Source of the DNA: Dehalococcoidia bacterium
Lineage (GTDB): Bacteria; Chloroflexota; Dehalococcoidia; Plut-88900
Assembly: GCA_965207225.1 (NCBI GenBank)
Contig: CBDBLV010000005.1
Location: forward strand, 992,001-1,056,000
Length of the DNA stretch: 64,000 nt
Direction: 5' to 3'
Position 1 is the stretch's first letter; the number at the start of each line of letters is the position of its first letter. Both the position numbers and the translations under genes were made by a program. Positions 10,301 through 19,120 of this stretch are shown piece after piece. The notes under the pieces are model-generated. The model did no database searches and was not told where the DNA came from. It saw only the letters and a list, made by a program, of their open reading frames with translations.

Positions 10301-10317
10301 GGTAAAGGATTATCGCC

Positions 10318-11322
10318 ATGAAGAAGGGAATACTGGAGCGACTTGAAGAAGGCGTTGTGCTGGGTGATGGGGGTTACATCCTGGAAATGGAGAAGCGGGG
10401 CTATGCGATTGCAGGCCCCTTCACCCCCGAGGTTGTCCTTGAGCACCCCACCGCTGTGCAGGAGCTGCACAAAGAGTTCATCCGCGCCGGCAGCGAGGTC
10501 ATTCAGGCCTTCGCCTTCTATGCCAGCCGTGAAAAGTTGGCCAACGTCGGTTACGGTGAGAAGGTTCTCGACCTCAATAGGCAGGCCGTCAGGATAGCCA
10601 AAGAAGTGGCAGGAGATGACGTCCTGGTCACGGGCAACCTGAGCACGACCTGGTCCTACAAGCAGGGGGACGCCGACTCCCGGGAAATTGCACGTCGGCA
10701 GTTCGAAGAGCAGCTGAGGGTGCAGGTCGACGAAGGTGTCGACTTCATCGTCGGCGAACTGTTCTTCGACCTCGAAGAAGCGCTGATTGCGCTGGACGTT
10801 GCCAAGGCCACGGGCCTTCCGGTGATGATGACGATGGCCTATTTCAAGGACAAGTACAGCCGCGAGGGAAAGGACCCCGCCGAGTGTGCCAGGGCCCTCA
10901 GCGAGAACGGCGCCGACATTGTTGGCATTAACTGCGGCCGGGGCCCCGACCAGATGCTCCCTCTCGTCAAGGAGATGCGTGACGCCATCGACGGCTACGT
11001 CGCCATTCAGGCCGTCGCCTATGCCACGACCGACGAGGTTCCATTCTGCGGCGGCCTCCCCGGCTTCCCCGACGGCATGGAGCCCTACCAGGTGGATCGG
11101 TTCAAGATGGCTGATTATGCCCTTCAGGCCAGGGACATGGGCATCAACTACATCGGAGGGTGCTGCGGCTCCGTGGCTGTGCACATCAGGGAGATGGCCC
11201 GGGCGCTGGGCAAGCCCGTGCAGGAGCGCAAGGTCTGGACCGCGGATTACGGAAGTCCAATGTCCGCTACCGAGGAGTGGAGGGACTACCGGGCGGAGTC
11301 GGGAGAGCGTTACAACCCCTAG
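10318..11322 (+). CDS. homocysteine S-methyltransferase, BHMT-like
   Basis: GDGG, AGPFTPE, GINC and GGCCG Zn ligands. Confidence 0.9.
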   Translation: MKKGILERLEEGVVLGDGGYILEMEKRGYAIAGPFTPEVVLEHPTAVQELHKEFIRAGSEVIQAFAFYASREKLANVGYGEKVLDLNRQAVRIAKEVAGDDVLVTGNLSTTWSYKQGDADSREIARRQFEEQLRVQVDEGVDFIVGELFFDLEEALIALDVAKATGLPVMMTMAYFKDKYSREGKDPAECARALSENGADIVGINCGRGPDQMLPLVKEMRDAIDGYVAIQAVAYATTDEVPFCGGLPGFPDGMEPYQVDRFKMADYALQARDMGINYIGGCCGSVAVHIREMARALGKPVQERKVWTADYGSPMSATEEWRDYRAESGERYNP

Positions 11323-12356
11323 GGAACGCTCAGCACCAGCTTCCCGAACACGTCCCGACCTTCCATAGCGCGGTGTGCGTCGGCGGCATTCTCCAGCGGG
11401 AAAGTCCGGCTCACGATACCTCGGATCTCTCCCCGCCGCACCAGGTTAGCCACCTTGGTGAAGTCTGCCCGGCTCCCGGTTGAGGCACCCATCAGCGTCA
11501 CCTGCGAGGTAAACATCCGACCTATCCTCAGCGACGCCCGGTGTCCACCCGTGACCCCACAATTGACTAGCCTCCCACCTGACTTCAACGACTTGAAATT
11601 CTCGTCCCAAACCGAAGCGCCGATGCTGTCGAAGACGAGGTCCACACCCTTGCCTTCTGTTAATTCCATTACCGTGTCACTGAATGCAGGGTTTTCGATG
11701 TAGTTGATAGTATCGTCGGCGCCCAGGGCACGGGCCTTGGCCAGCTTCTCCTCTGTGCTGGCGGTTGTGATCACCCGGGCCCCGACCAGCTTGGCCAGTT
11801 TGATGGCCGCGCTTCCCACCCCGCTCCCCGCCGCCATGATGAGCACGTCCTCTCCCGGCAGCATCCCGCACCGGGTTATCAGGCAATGCCACGCCGTCTT
11901 GTATACCAGGGGAATTGCCGCGGCCTCTTCAAAGCCCATTTCGTCGGAGATTGCCTCCACGTTGCGGGCCGGTACGCTGACGTACTGGGCGTAGCCCCCG
12001 TTGGTCGTGATCCCGATGCTGCCTCCGACTTCGCAGCGCTGGTCCTGGCCCGCCTCGCACGCAATGCACTCCCCGCACGGTAGGGAGTAGTCGACCATCA
12101 CCCTGTCCCCAATGTTCAATCCCTCTACTCCAGCCCCTACATCAGCCACCTCCCCGGCCAGATCGCAGCCCAGCACGTGGGGAAACTTGTCGATGATGAC
12201 GCCGTTCCTTCCCGCCCGGGCAAAGGTGTCCAGGTGGTTCAGCGCCGTGGCCCGGACCCGGATGATTGCTTCTCCGGGGCCAGGGGAAGGGTCGGGGAGG
12301 TCTCCAAACGTCAGGACTTCCGGTGGGCCTTGTTCTTCGATGTAGGTAGCCTTCAT
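11319..12356 (-). CDS. Zn-binding alcohol dehydrogenase / quinone oxidoreductase (MDR family)
   Basis: NHLD, CGEC..C...C structural Zn, AAGSGVG, GKLVL. Confidence 0.9.
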   Translation of the reverse strand: MKATYIEEQGPPEVLTFGDLPDPSPGPGEAIIRVRATALNHLDTFARAGRNGVIIDKFPHVLGCDLAGEVADVGAGVEGLNIGDRVMVDYSLPCGECIACEAGQDQRCEVGGSIGITTNGGYAQYVSVPARNVEAISDEMGFEEAAAIPLVYKTAWHCLITRCGMLPGEDVLIMAAGSGVGSAAIKLAKLVGARVITTASTEEKLAKARALGADDTINYIENPAFSDTVMELTEGKGVDLVFDSIGASVWDENFKSLKSGGRLVNCGVTGGHRASLRIGRMFTSQVTLMGASTGSRADFTKVANLVRRGEIRGIVSRTFPLENAADAHRAMEGRDVFGKLVLSVP

Positions 12357-12425
12357 GGTCTTTCTAGGTGGGTGGAATGGGGAGCGAGAGTCGGCGGATT
12401 ATAGCATGGGCTTATTCTTCCCCAC

Positions 12426-12454
12426 CTGTCATTCCGATGCCCCGCGAGGAATCT
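12426..12454 (+). repeat. REP-like palindrome CTGTCATTCCG...GAGGAATCT (copy 1 of 3; others 12642-12670, 13735-13763)
   Basis: Three near-identical 29 bp copies with internal ATTCC/GGAAT pairing. Confidence 0.85.
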
Positions 12455-12706
12455 CAAGCACCTATCGAAAAAACACGCCCTATCCCGCCCCTCAACCAGT
12501 TCATCTTTGTCCCTGGTGTGGGGCCCCTCACCCTGAGGCCACTCGAAGAGCCTGCCCCTGCGAAGGCAGAGGGTCGAGCGGGGGGGTGGCCCACATCTCT
12601 CCAAACCATCACACCCGTCTTACCCCATTCCACACCCTTCCCTGTCATTCCGAGGCCCCGCGAGGAATCTAGGATTTGCCCGCTCATGCTCTTTACCTCC
12701 CTCCCC

Positions 12707-12856
12707 CTTCTCCCCAGTACTGAACTAGAGGGCTACGTGGGTGCGCAGCACCCACGTAGCCCTTTGTTCTTCTCTCCCCCTCTCCCTTAAAGGCCCTAAG
12801 AGCCTGCCCCGAGTCCCTCGAGGGGGAGAGGGGGATCAAGGGGGTGAGGGTTCCCC
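12707..12856 (+). repeat. composite palindromic repeat, copy A
   Basis: Shares CTTCTCCCCAGTA-TGAACTAGAGG...GTTCTTCT...CCCCTCTCCC...GGGAGAGGGGGA...GAGGGTTCCC with 13782-13907 and 44122-44246. Confidence 0.9.
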
Positions 12857-12892
12857 TAAGGGGTCGAGGGGCATCCCCCCGAAATTGCACAT

Positions 12893-12921
12893 TTGCACTA
12901 CATGAACCCCCGTGCTATACT
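12893..12921 (+). promoter_or_regulatory. sigma70-type promoter TTGCAC-17-TATACT (extended -10 TG)
   Basis: Sequence match and spacing; precedes the putative ncRNA. Confidence 0.7.
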
Positions 12922-12927
12922 ACACTC

Positions 12928-13545
12928 TAGGGCCACCGACCTCGTACCTCGGGGCCCATCACAGGAAAGGAACAAGGAGTTTATGAGACGCAACAGCCTG
13001 ATCAGCTCTCGTCGCACCCGGACACTGCGCGAACGCCCGGCTACTGACACGCGCCTCAGCCCCTCACCCTTTCCTACCAGGCGATGGAAGGTCCATCGAC
13101 CACACGCGGCATACCCATCTTTTGGGTCCATCCCGCGTCTGCGCCCCCTTAAAGGCGCACTCACCCCCGGCTACAGGCCAGGGGGACGACCCGACACCCT
13201 CGGGTCCCCGGAGGCCATCGCGCCCCGGCTCGACTCCCCCGTCGCTTCCTTCGGAACTCCCCCATACCACGGCGACGGGAAGGGGTATACGCCCGACCCC
13301 CTCCGAACGGTCGGAAGCGTCTGGGGTTCATACCCCTTTCTGGGCTCCCCCGTCTTACCTCTCGGAGACCCCTGTTCACCCGGAGACGGCAGAGAGTTCG
13401 CGCTCCCATCCCTCCGAATGGTGGAGCGCTTCCCGCATACGGACAGGCCGCAAAGGGAAACTCCCTCTAATCCTGCCGACATGTGGGTCTGGCGCAGCCT
13501 GGCCTCCCGGCCCCTGCGCCTTGGTCATGGTCCTTCCATCGCCTA
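12928..13545 (+). ncRNA. candidate large structured ncRNA, copy 1 (class unknown)
   Basis: 17/18 bp helix 13079-13096 with 13527-13544; two kissing-loop modules; homologous to 43557-44043 with compensatory changes. Confidence 0.6.
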
Positions 13546-13781
13546 CACCCCCCTTCCCACCACCATCCTTACCGTCATTCCCGACCCTGATTGGGAATCC
13601 ATAGGCGGGGGTTCCGCTCGCCCTGAGCAGAGTCCAAGAGCCTGCCCCGAGTCCCTCGAGGGGGTCTCAAGAGCGGAACGAGGCGGGGTTCCTCCCTGGC
13701 GCGGGACCGCAAACACCAACCAACGCCCCTCACACTGTCATTCCGATGCCCCGCGAGGAATCTGGGGTGGTGTCCTGTCTT

Positions 13782-13907
13782 CTTCTCCCAGTATTGAACT
13801 AGAGGCAGAGGTTGGCGCTTTAGCGCCAACCTCTGCCTCTGTTCTTCTCTCCCCCTCTCCCTCAACGGCCCTGAGGGAGAGGGGGATAAAGGGGGAGAGG
13901 GTTCCCC
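13782..13907 (+). repeat. composite palindromic repeat, copy B
   Basis: Same frame as copy A; central hairpin AGAGGCAGAGGTTGGCGC-TTTA-GCGCCAACCTCTGCCTCT. Confidence 0.9.
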
Positions 13908-14149
13908 CTGCACCATGCGAAATCCCCAGAAAACCCTTTAGGCGTCGTTCAATCAAAACAGCTATGAGTTCAATCAATGTTCAATCAAAATCCCACCCTC
14001 CGCAACTGAAGAAAATCCACCGTCTTGCCAATCTGTCGGCCCGACATACGGGCTTGACGCTCAACCTGGTGGGCGCGCAAAATCATCAGCGAAAACCACA
14101 CCCCGGGGCCCGGTTCAGGCCCCGCAGAAAGCATACACAGGAGGCCCAG

Positions 14150-14308
14150 ATGCCCCAGATAATCGTCAAACCCAATTCCGTCGCGCAGATTTCCCTCAAA
14201 CCCCTTCCCTTTATGCCGAGCATCCCCTTCAACATCACCAACGTCAGCAACGTGAACCTTCGGGTCACGGCTCAGGGCAACAATATCCAGTTGAAAGAAG
14301 CCGAATAG
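14150..14308 (+). CDS. small hypothetical protein (52 aa)
   Basis: AGGAGG SD before ATG; TTGACG...CAAAAT promoter-like sequence near 14054. Confidence 0.5.
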   Translation: MPQIIVKPNSVAQISLKPLPFMPSIPFNITNVSNVNLRVTAQGNNIQLKEAE

Positions 14309-14377
14309 GGCGTCTGGGTCGCACGAATTGGGGGGAGATAGAGCCCCTTTACGGGAGCCGTCTGCCCTCCCTTTGTA

Positions 14378-14424
14378 TTGACACTAAAATCGGGTGGGTG
14401 CTACAATTGTGAGCGCAATCACAC
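14378..14424 (+). promoter_or_regulatory. etfBA promoter (TTGACA-18-TACAAT) with overlapping TGTGA-N6-TCACA operator (Rex/CRP-type)
   Basis: TTGTGAGCGCAATCACAC at 14407-14424. Confidence 0.65.
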
Positions 14425-14498
14425 ACTTTGTGCAGACCCGTTAGGCGGAATTTCTCAGACCTCGTCCCGACCTTGTCAGGGCGCGGAGGAAAACGTAG

Positions 14499-15299
14499 AT
14501 GAACATCATTGTTTGCGTGAAGCAGGTGCCCGATCCCCAGATGCCCCTGGCCAGCTTCAGGATCGACCCGGCTACTAACAAGCTAGTCCCAGCCCCCGGC
14601 ATTCCCCCGGTCATCAACGGCTACGATGAGCAGGCCGTCGAGGCGGCCCTCCGGTTGAAAGAGGGTGGGGACGCCAAGATCACCGTCCTGTCTATGGGCA
14701 CCAACCTTGTGTCCGACGTAATTAAGAAGCCCCTCTCTATGGGCGCCGACGAACTGGTCCTTCTCCAGGACGACGCCTTCGAAGACTCCGACGACTACGC
14801 CACCGCCCGAGTTCTGGTCGCCGCGATCAACAAGATCGGGGACTTTGACATCGTCATCTGCGGCCGACAGTCATCGGACTTTGACACGGGTATCGTTGGG
14901 GCGGGTGTGGCGGAACTGCTCGGCATCCCCATCGTTCCTATAATCAGGGACGTTAAGATGGTGGACGGTACGGTCCGGATAGAAAGGGTGGTTGCCGACG
15001 GCTACGAGGTAGTCGAGGCTGCTCCTCCGGTGCTTGTAACGGTCAGCAATGAGCTTGGTGAGCCTCGATACCCGACCCTGCGCGGCATCATGGCCGCGGG
15101 CCGCAAGCAGCCCACCGTCTGGTCTGCCGCGGACCTGGGGATCGATGCCTCCGAGGCCGGCCTCTCCGGTTCCAAGGTGAAAATCATGAAGCTCTTCCAG
15201 CCCGAAAAAGTCTCCCAGTGCGAGTTCATAGAAGGCGACAGCCCTGCCGAGGTTGGCGCAAACCTTGCCCTCAAGCTCCGGGAAGACAAGGTAATCTAG
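14499..15299 (+). CDS. etfB: electron transfer flavoprotein subunit beta
   Basis: VCVKQVPD, D..AVE.ALRLKE, G.QS.D.DTG, PRYP. Confidence 0.96.
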   Translation: MNIIVCVKQVPDPQMPLASFRIDPATNKLVPAPGIPPVINGYDEQAVEAALRLKEGGDAKITVLSMGTNLVSDVIKKPLSMGADELVLLQDDAFEDSDDYATARVLVAAINKIGDFDIVICGRQSSDFDTGIVGAGVAELLGIPIVPIIRDVKMVDGTVRIERVVADGYEVVEAAPPVLVTVSNELGEPRYPTLRGIMAAGRKQPTVWSAADLGIDASEAGLSGSKVKIMKLFQPEKVSQCEFIEGDSPAEVGANLALKLREDKVI

Positions 15300-15335
15300 A
15301 AGTCTCAATCCGTACGTTTCAGGAGGGTCTAATCA

Positions 15336-16340
15336 ATGGCGGAGAATAGTGGAATCCTGGTCTTTGGCGAAGTCGCCGACGACGGATTGAGTGGTACTAC
15401 GAAAGAGCTCCTGGGCAAGGCCTCCGAAATGGCCTGCGCCCTCGGCGAAAGTGTGACTGGCGTAGTGGCCGGTGCCGGAGCCAAGGCGGCGGCACAGGAA
15501 ATGGTCGCCCACGGGGCTTCCAAGGTCTATTGCTCCGAGGGCGGCGCCCTTGATGCTTACAGCTCGGACCTCTACACCGCTGCTTTGCAAGGTCTGGTCG
15601 GAGACGTCTCGCCATCCATCTTGCTTATGGGCCACACCGAGATCGGCCGTGACCTGGGCCCCAGGCTCGCCTTTCGTCTCGATACCGGCATCGGTACAGA
15701 CTGCACTGACCTGAACATTGACCCCGAGACCAACCTCATGGTCCAGACCAGACCGGTCTACGGCGGCAACGCCCAGGCGCAGGTCGTAGTGGACGGGTCC
15801 AGTCCCCAGATGGCCACAGTGCGCCCCAAGACTCTTCAGCCTTCAGAGCAAGACGGCTCCGCTTCCGGAGAGATTGTCGACTGGCAGCCTTCCGTGGATG
15901 CCTCGGCCTCCAGGACCAAGGTTGTTGACCGGGTCAAGGCCGAAGCAAGCGGTATGAAGTTGGAAGAGGCCCCCGCAATCATCGCGGGCGGCAGGGGCGT
16001 CGGCAGCTCCGAGGCCTTTGACGAACTGGCAGAGATTGCCGGCACCCTCGGTGGCCTTGTGGGCGCCACAAGGGCGGCCTGCGACTCCGGCTACATATCT
16101 CCCTCGGTACAGATAGGCATCACCGGTCGGGTGGTAAGCCCGGACCTGTACATAGCTGTAGCTCTCTCGGGCGCTAGCCAGCACATGTCGGGCTGTCTCG
16201 GGTCGAAAGTCATCGTTGCGGTCAACAAGGACCCCGACGCGAACGTCTTCAAGGACTCCAGGTACGGGGCCGTCGGCGACTTCAAGCAGGTGATGCCGGC
16301 GTTCCACGAAAAGTGTAAAGAGCTGCTGGCGTCTTCGTAA
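15336..16340 (+). CDS. etfA: electron transfer flavoprotein subunit alpha
   Basis: [30 protein letters not shown]. Confidence 0.96.
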   Translation: MAENSGILVFGEVADDGLSGTTKELLGKASEMACALGESVTGVVAGAGAKAAAQEMVAHGASKVYCSEGGALDAYSSDLYTAALQGLVGDVSPSILLMGHTEIGRDLGPRLAFRLDTGIGTDCTDLNIDPETNLMVQTRPVYGGNAQAQVVVDGSSPQMATVRPKTLQPSEQDGSASGEIVDWQPSVDASASRTKVVDRVKAEASGMKLEEAPAIIAGGRGVGSSEAFDELAEIAGTLGGLVGATRAACDSGYISPSVQIGITGRVVSPDLYIAVALSGASQHMSGCLGSKVIVAVNKDPDANVFKDSRYGAVGDFKQVMPAFHEKCKELLASS

Positions 16341-16379
16341 CTCGATTTCCCTGGTCCCCTAGTAGGCAGGAGGGAACGG

Positions 16380-16817
16380 ATGGACGGCGAATACCGCATC
16401 GATCTGGACGAGATAGCCACGACCATCGAGGCTTCCGAAGTGATTTCCATACTCTTTCCCATGCTGCGCAAGTCCCTGGTCCTCGACACCCGTTCGGACC
16501 TCGAAGACGGCCCCATGGCGAGGGTCGTCCCCATGGCCGAGTCCGTGGATGACCGGCTGCGATCGATCAAGCGGATGCGCCCCCGCTTCCCCCGCCCCGA
16601 GAGTGTCACGGTTATCCCCTGGCCGAAGCAGGTCAAGAGCCTCAAACGACTAGGACTCTGGGGTAAGATCCTCGAGCGGATGATGATTACGGGAAACTCG
16701 GAGATCATCGGCAAGTGCAACAACTGCTACGAAAAGCTGCTTGAGCTGGACGCCGAAGAGCTGGCCGCAGTGATCACTGGAAAGAACTACTACACGCTCT
16801 GGGAAGCTCCCAAGTGA
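16380..16817 (+). CDS. hypothetical protein
   Basis: Good SD (GGAGG); follows etfA; no family recognised. Confidence 0.75.
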   Translation: MDGEYRIDLDEIATTIEASEVISILFPMLRKSLVLDTRSDLEDGPMARVVPMAESVDDRLRSIKRMRPRFPRPESVTVIPWPKQVKSLKRLGLWGKILERMMITGNSEIIGKCNNCYEKLLELDAEELAAVITGKNYYTLWEAPK

Positions 16818-16839
16818 CACATCGCCGAAAGAAGGTTAC

Positions 16840-16880
16840 GAAAAGGTCGGCGGCTCTTGGAGCCGCCGACCTTTTGTTTT
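16840..16880. terminator. bidirectional intrinsic terminator
   Basis: AAAAGGTCGGCGGCTC-TTG-GAGCCGCCGACCTTTT between convergent genes. Confidence 0.9.
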
Positions 16881-16903
16881 GGAAACTCTGAAGACAGCTT
16901 GGG

Positions 16904-18967
16904 CTAGCCGTCCTTCTTCTGGACCTGTTCCACGATCTTCTGGGTAAGGTGGGCGGGCACCTCTTCGTAGCGTACGAATTCCGTGGCGTAGGCCCCCCGG
17001 CCCTGGGTAATCGACCTCAGGTCGACGGCATAGCGGACTATCTCCGCCTGGGGTACCTCAGCCTCGATGACAGTCCTGCCGTTCTGGGGCTCCATGCCCA
17101 GCACCCGACCCCTCTTGGTGTTGAGGTCACCTATGATGTCGCCGGTGTAGGTGTCGGGCACAGTAACTTTCATGTGCATGACCGGTTCCAGGAGAGCGGG
17201 GTTGCCCTGGTTGGCCCCCTTTTTGAAGGCCTGGACTGCAGCTATCTTGAAGGACATATCGGATGAGTCAACGGGATGCGAGCTGCCGTCGTAGAGGGTT
17301 ACCTTGACGTCGACCATCGGGAAGTCAGTGAGCACTCCACCCTGCGCGGCTTCCATAACACCCTTTTCGACCGCCGGGATGTAGTTCTTCGGCACGTTCC
17401 CCCCGACCACCTTCTGAGCGAACTCTATTCCCGAGCCCGGGGCCGTGGGCTCCATTTCAATCATGACGTGGCCGTACTGCCCGTGCCCCCCGGTCTGCTT
17501 CTTGTGCTTGTACTCGGCTTTTGTCGCCATGGTGATGGTCTCTTTGTACGGGATCCGGGGAATCTCCGTCACCACCTCCACCGAAAACTTTCTGTTCAAC
17601 TTTTGTAGTGTCGTGTCTATGTGGGCCTCTCCCATGCCCCAAAGCAGCATCTCCCCGGTGTCCGGGTGGGTCTCCAGCTTCAGTGTCGGGTCTTCCTCAA
17701 CGAGTCGGGTAAGGGAGGAACCCAGCTTGTCGATGTCCGACTTGGACTTGGCTGTCACCGCTACCGATAGAGGGGCTAGCGGGAAGTCGATGCCACCCAG
17801 GTCCAGCGGACGATCCCGATCGCAGAGGGTGTCTCCGCTGCTCGTGGCGGACAGCTTGGCCACTGCACCAATGTCACCGGTCACGACCTGCGGTACGTTC
17901 TCCTGGGACTTTCCCCGGGCCATGAACAGCTGGCTGACCTTCTCCGCCGAACTCTTTGTCGCATTCCAGACTTGGGAGTCGCTGTGGAGGGTGTTAGAGT
18001 AGACGCGGAAGTAGGAGAGCTTACCAACGAAAGGGTCGGCGGAAGTCTTGAAAACGGATGCAGCCAGGGGGCCGGTGGGGTCGCCGTCAAGGGTGATGTT
18101 CTCTTCCGAGACCAGGTCCTTAGCATCCACGCCGCCATTGGTGTCGGGCGCGGGCATGTATACGCTGATGCTGTCCATCACCCCCTGAACGCAGGTGTTT
18201 GTGAGGGCTGATGCGGCCACAACCGGAACTATCGATCCGGATTTGACCCCTTCCGCGAGGCCATTCAGCAACTCCTCTTCCGTTAGTTCCTCGCCTTCAA
18301 GGAATTTCATGGTGAGTTCGTCATCGGACTCGGCTATGGTCTCTGCGAGGGCATCCCTGAGTTCTTGCGCCTGGTCGGATAGTTCACTAGGGATTTCGAT
18401 GTCCTGGCCGTCGGGGCCTTGTGCCCTCATGCTAATGAGGTCTATCACACCCCCGAAGTCGGACTCCGCTCCGATGGGGAGCTGGATAGCGACGCATTTC
18501 CTGCCGAACCGGTCGCGGAGAGAATCGATGACGCCAATGAAATTAGCGTTCTCCCGGTCCATCTTGTTGAGAAGGATCATCGTTGGAAGCCCCCGGCCGG
18601 TGACCTCCGCCCACATAAGCTCCGTCCCGACCTCTATCCCTGAAGCTGCGCAGATAACAAGCAGGGCGGAGTCGGCGACTTTGAGGGCGGCGATTACCTC
18701 GCCAATGAAGTCGGCGTAGCCCGGAGTGTCTATAAGGTTGACCTTGGTGTCTTTCCATTCGATGGGGAGGATGGACAGTTGGACGCTTCCGCTACGACGA
18801 ACTTCCTCGGGTTCGTAGTCGGAGGTGGTATTTCCGTCCTCCACTTTGCCGAGTCGGGTCACGTGGCCCGCGTTGAACAGCATGGCCTCAGAAAGGGAAG
18901 TCTTGCCTGCCCCGCTGTGGGACAGCAACACGACATTTCTGATTGCCTCGGTCTTGTAGGTCTGCAT
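16904..18967 (-). CDS. fusA: elongation factor G-like protein (EF-G II paralog)
   Basis: SHSGAGKT, DTPGYADF, NKMD, HKKQTGGHGQYG, DSSDMSF; outside the str operon. Confidence 0.93.
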   Translation of the reverse strand: MQTYKTEAIRNVVLLSHSGAGKTSLSEAMLFNAGHVTRLGKVEDGNTTSDYEPEEVRRSGSVQLSILPIEWKDTKVNLIDTPGYADFIGEVIAALKVADSALLVICAASGIEVGTELMWAEVTGRGLPTMILLNKMDRENANFIGVIDSLRDRFGRKCVAIQLPIGAESDFGGVIDLISMRAQGPDGQDIEIPSELSDQAQELRDALAETIAESDDELTMKFLEGEELTEEELLNGLAEGVKSGSIVPVVAASALTNTCVQGVMDSISVYMPAPDTNGGVDAKDLVSEENITLDGDPTGPLAASVFKTSADPFVGKLSYFRVYSNTLHSDSQVWNATKSSAEKVSQLFMARGKSQENVPQVVTGDIGAVAKLSATSSGDTLCDRDRPLDLGGIDFPLAPLSVAVTAKSKSDIDKLGSSLTRLVEEDPTLKLETHPDTGEMLLWGMGEAHIDTTLQKLNRKFSVEVVTEIPRIPYKETITMATKAEYKHKKQTGGHGQYGHVMIEMEPTAPGSGIEFAQKVVGGNVPKNYIPAVEKGVMEAAQGGVLTDFPMVDVKVTLYDGSSHPVDSSDMSFKIAAVQAFKKGANQGNPALLEPVMHMKVTVPDTYTGDIIGDLNTKRGRVLGMEPQNGRTVIEAEVPQAEIVRYAVDLRSITQGRGAYATEFVRYEEVPAHLTQKIVEQVQKKDG

Positions 18968-19120
18968 ACCTTGAAGGCCTCCCCCGTGCCTGTGAATACT
19001 TGCCATTGTAGGTAAAGCTCCCCACCCCTGCAACAACTCAGCACCCATTCCCATCCAAGAACGTTCCACAGGGGGAATGCTATCCTGAACGTATAGCCTC
19101 TTTACTCTCCATTTCCACCT

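Noticed and set aside
13079-13544. MITE interpretation of the inverted arms
   Set aside because: No target-site duplication is seen, and similarity between copies extends outside the arms (upstream repeat, promoter, CAACTGAAGAAAA). Disfavoured, not excluded.
12893-14308. 471 aa ORF (ATG 12983 has an AAGGAG SD)
   Set aside because: It reads through several REP-like repeats, has Pro/Arg/Ser-rich non-protein-like composition, and its frame is not conserved in the paralogous locus. Translation of the 5' part cannot be fully excluded.
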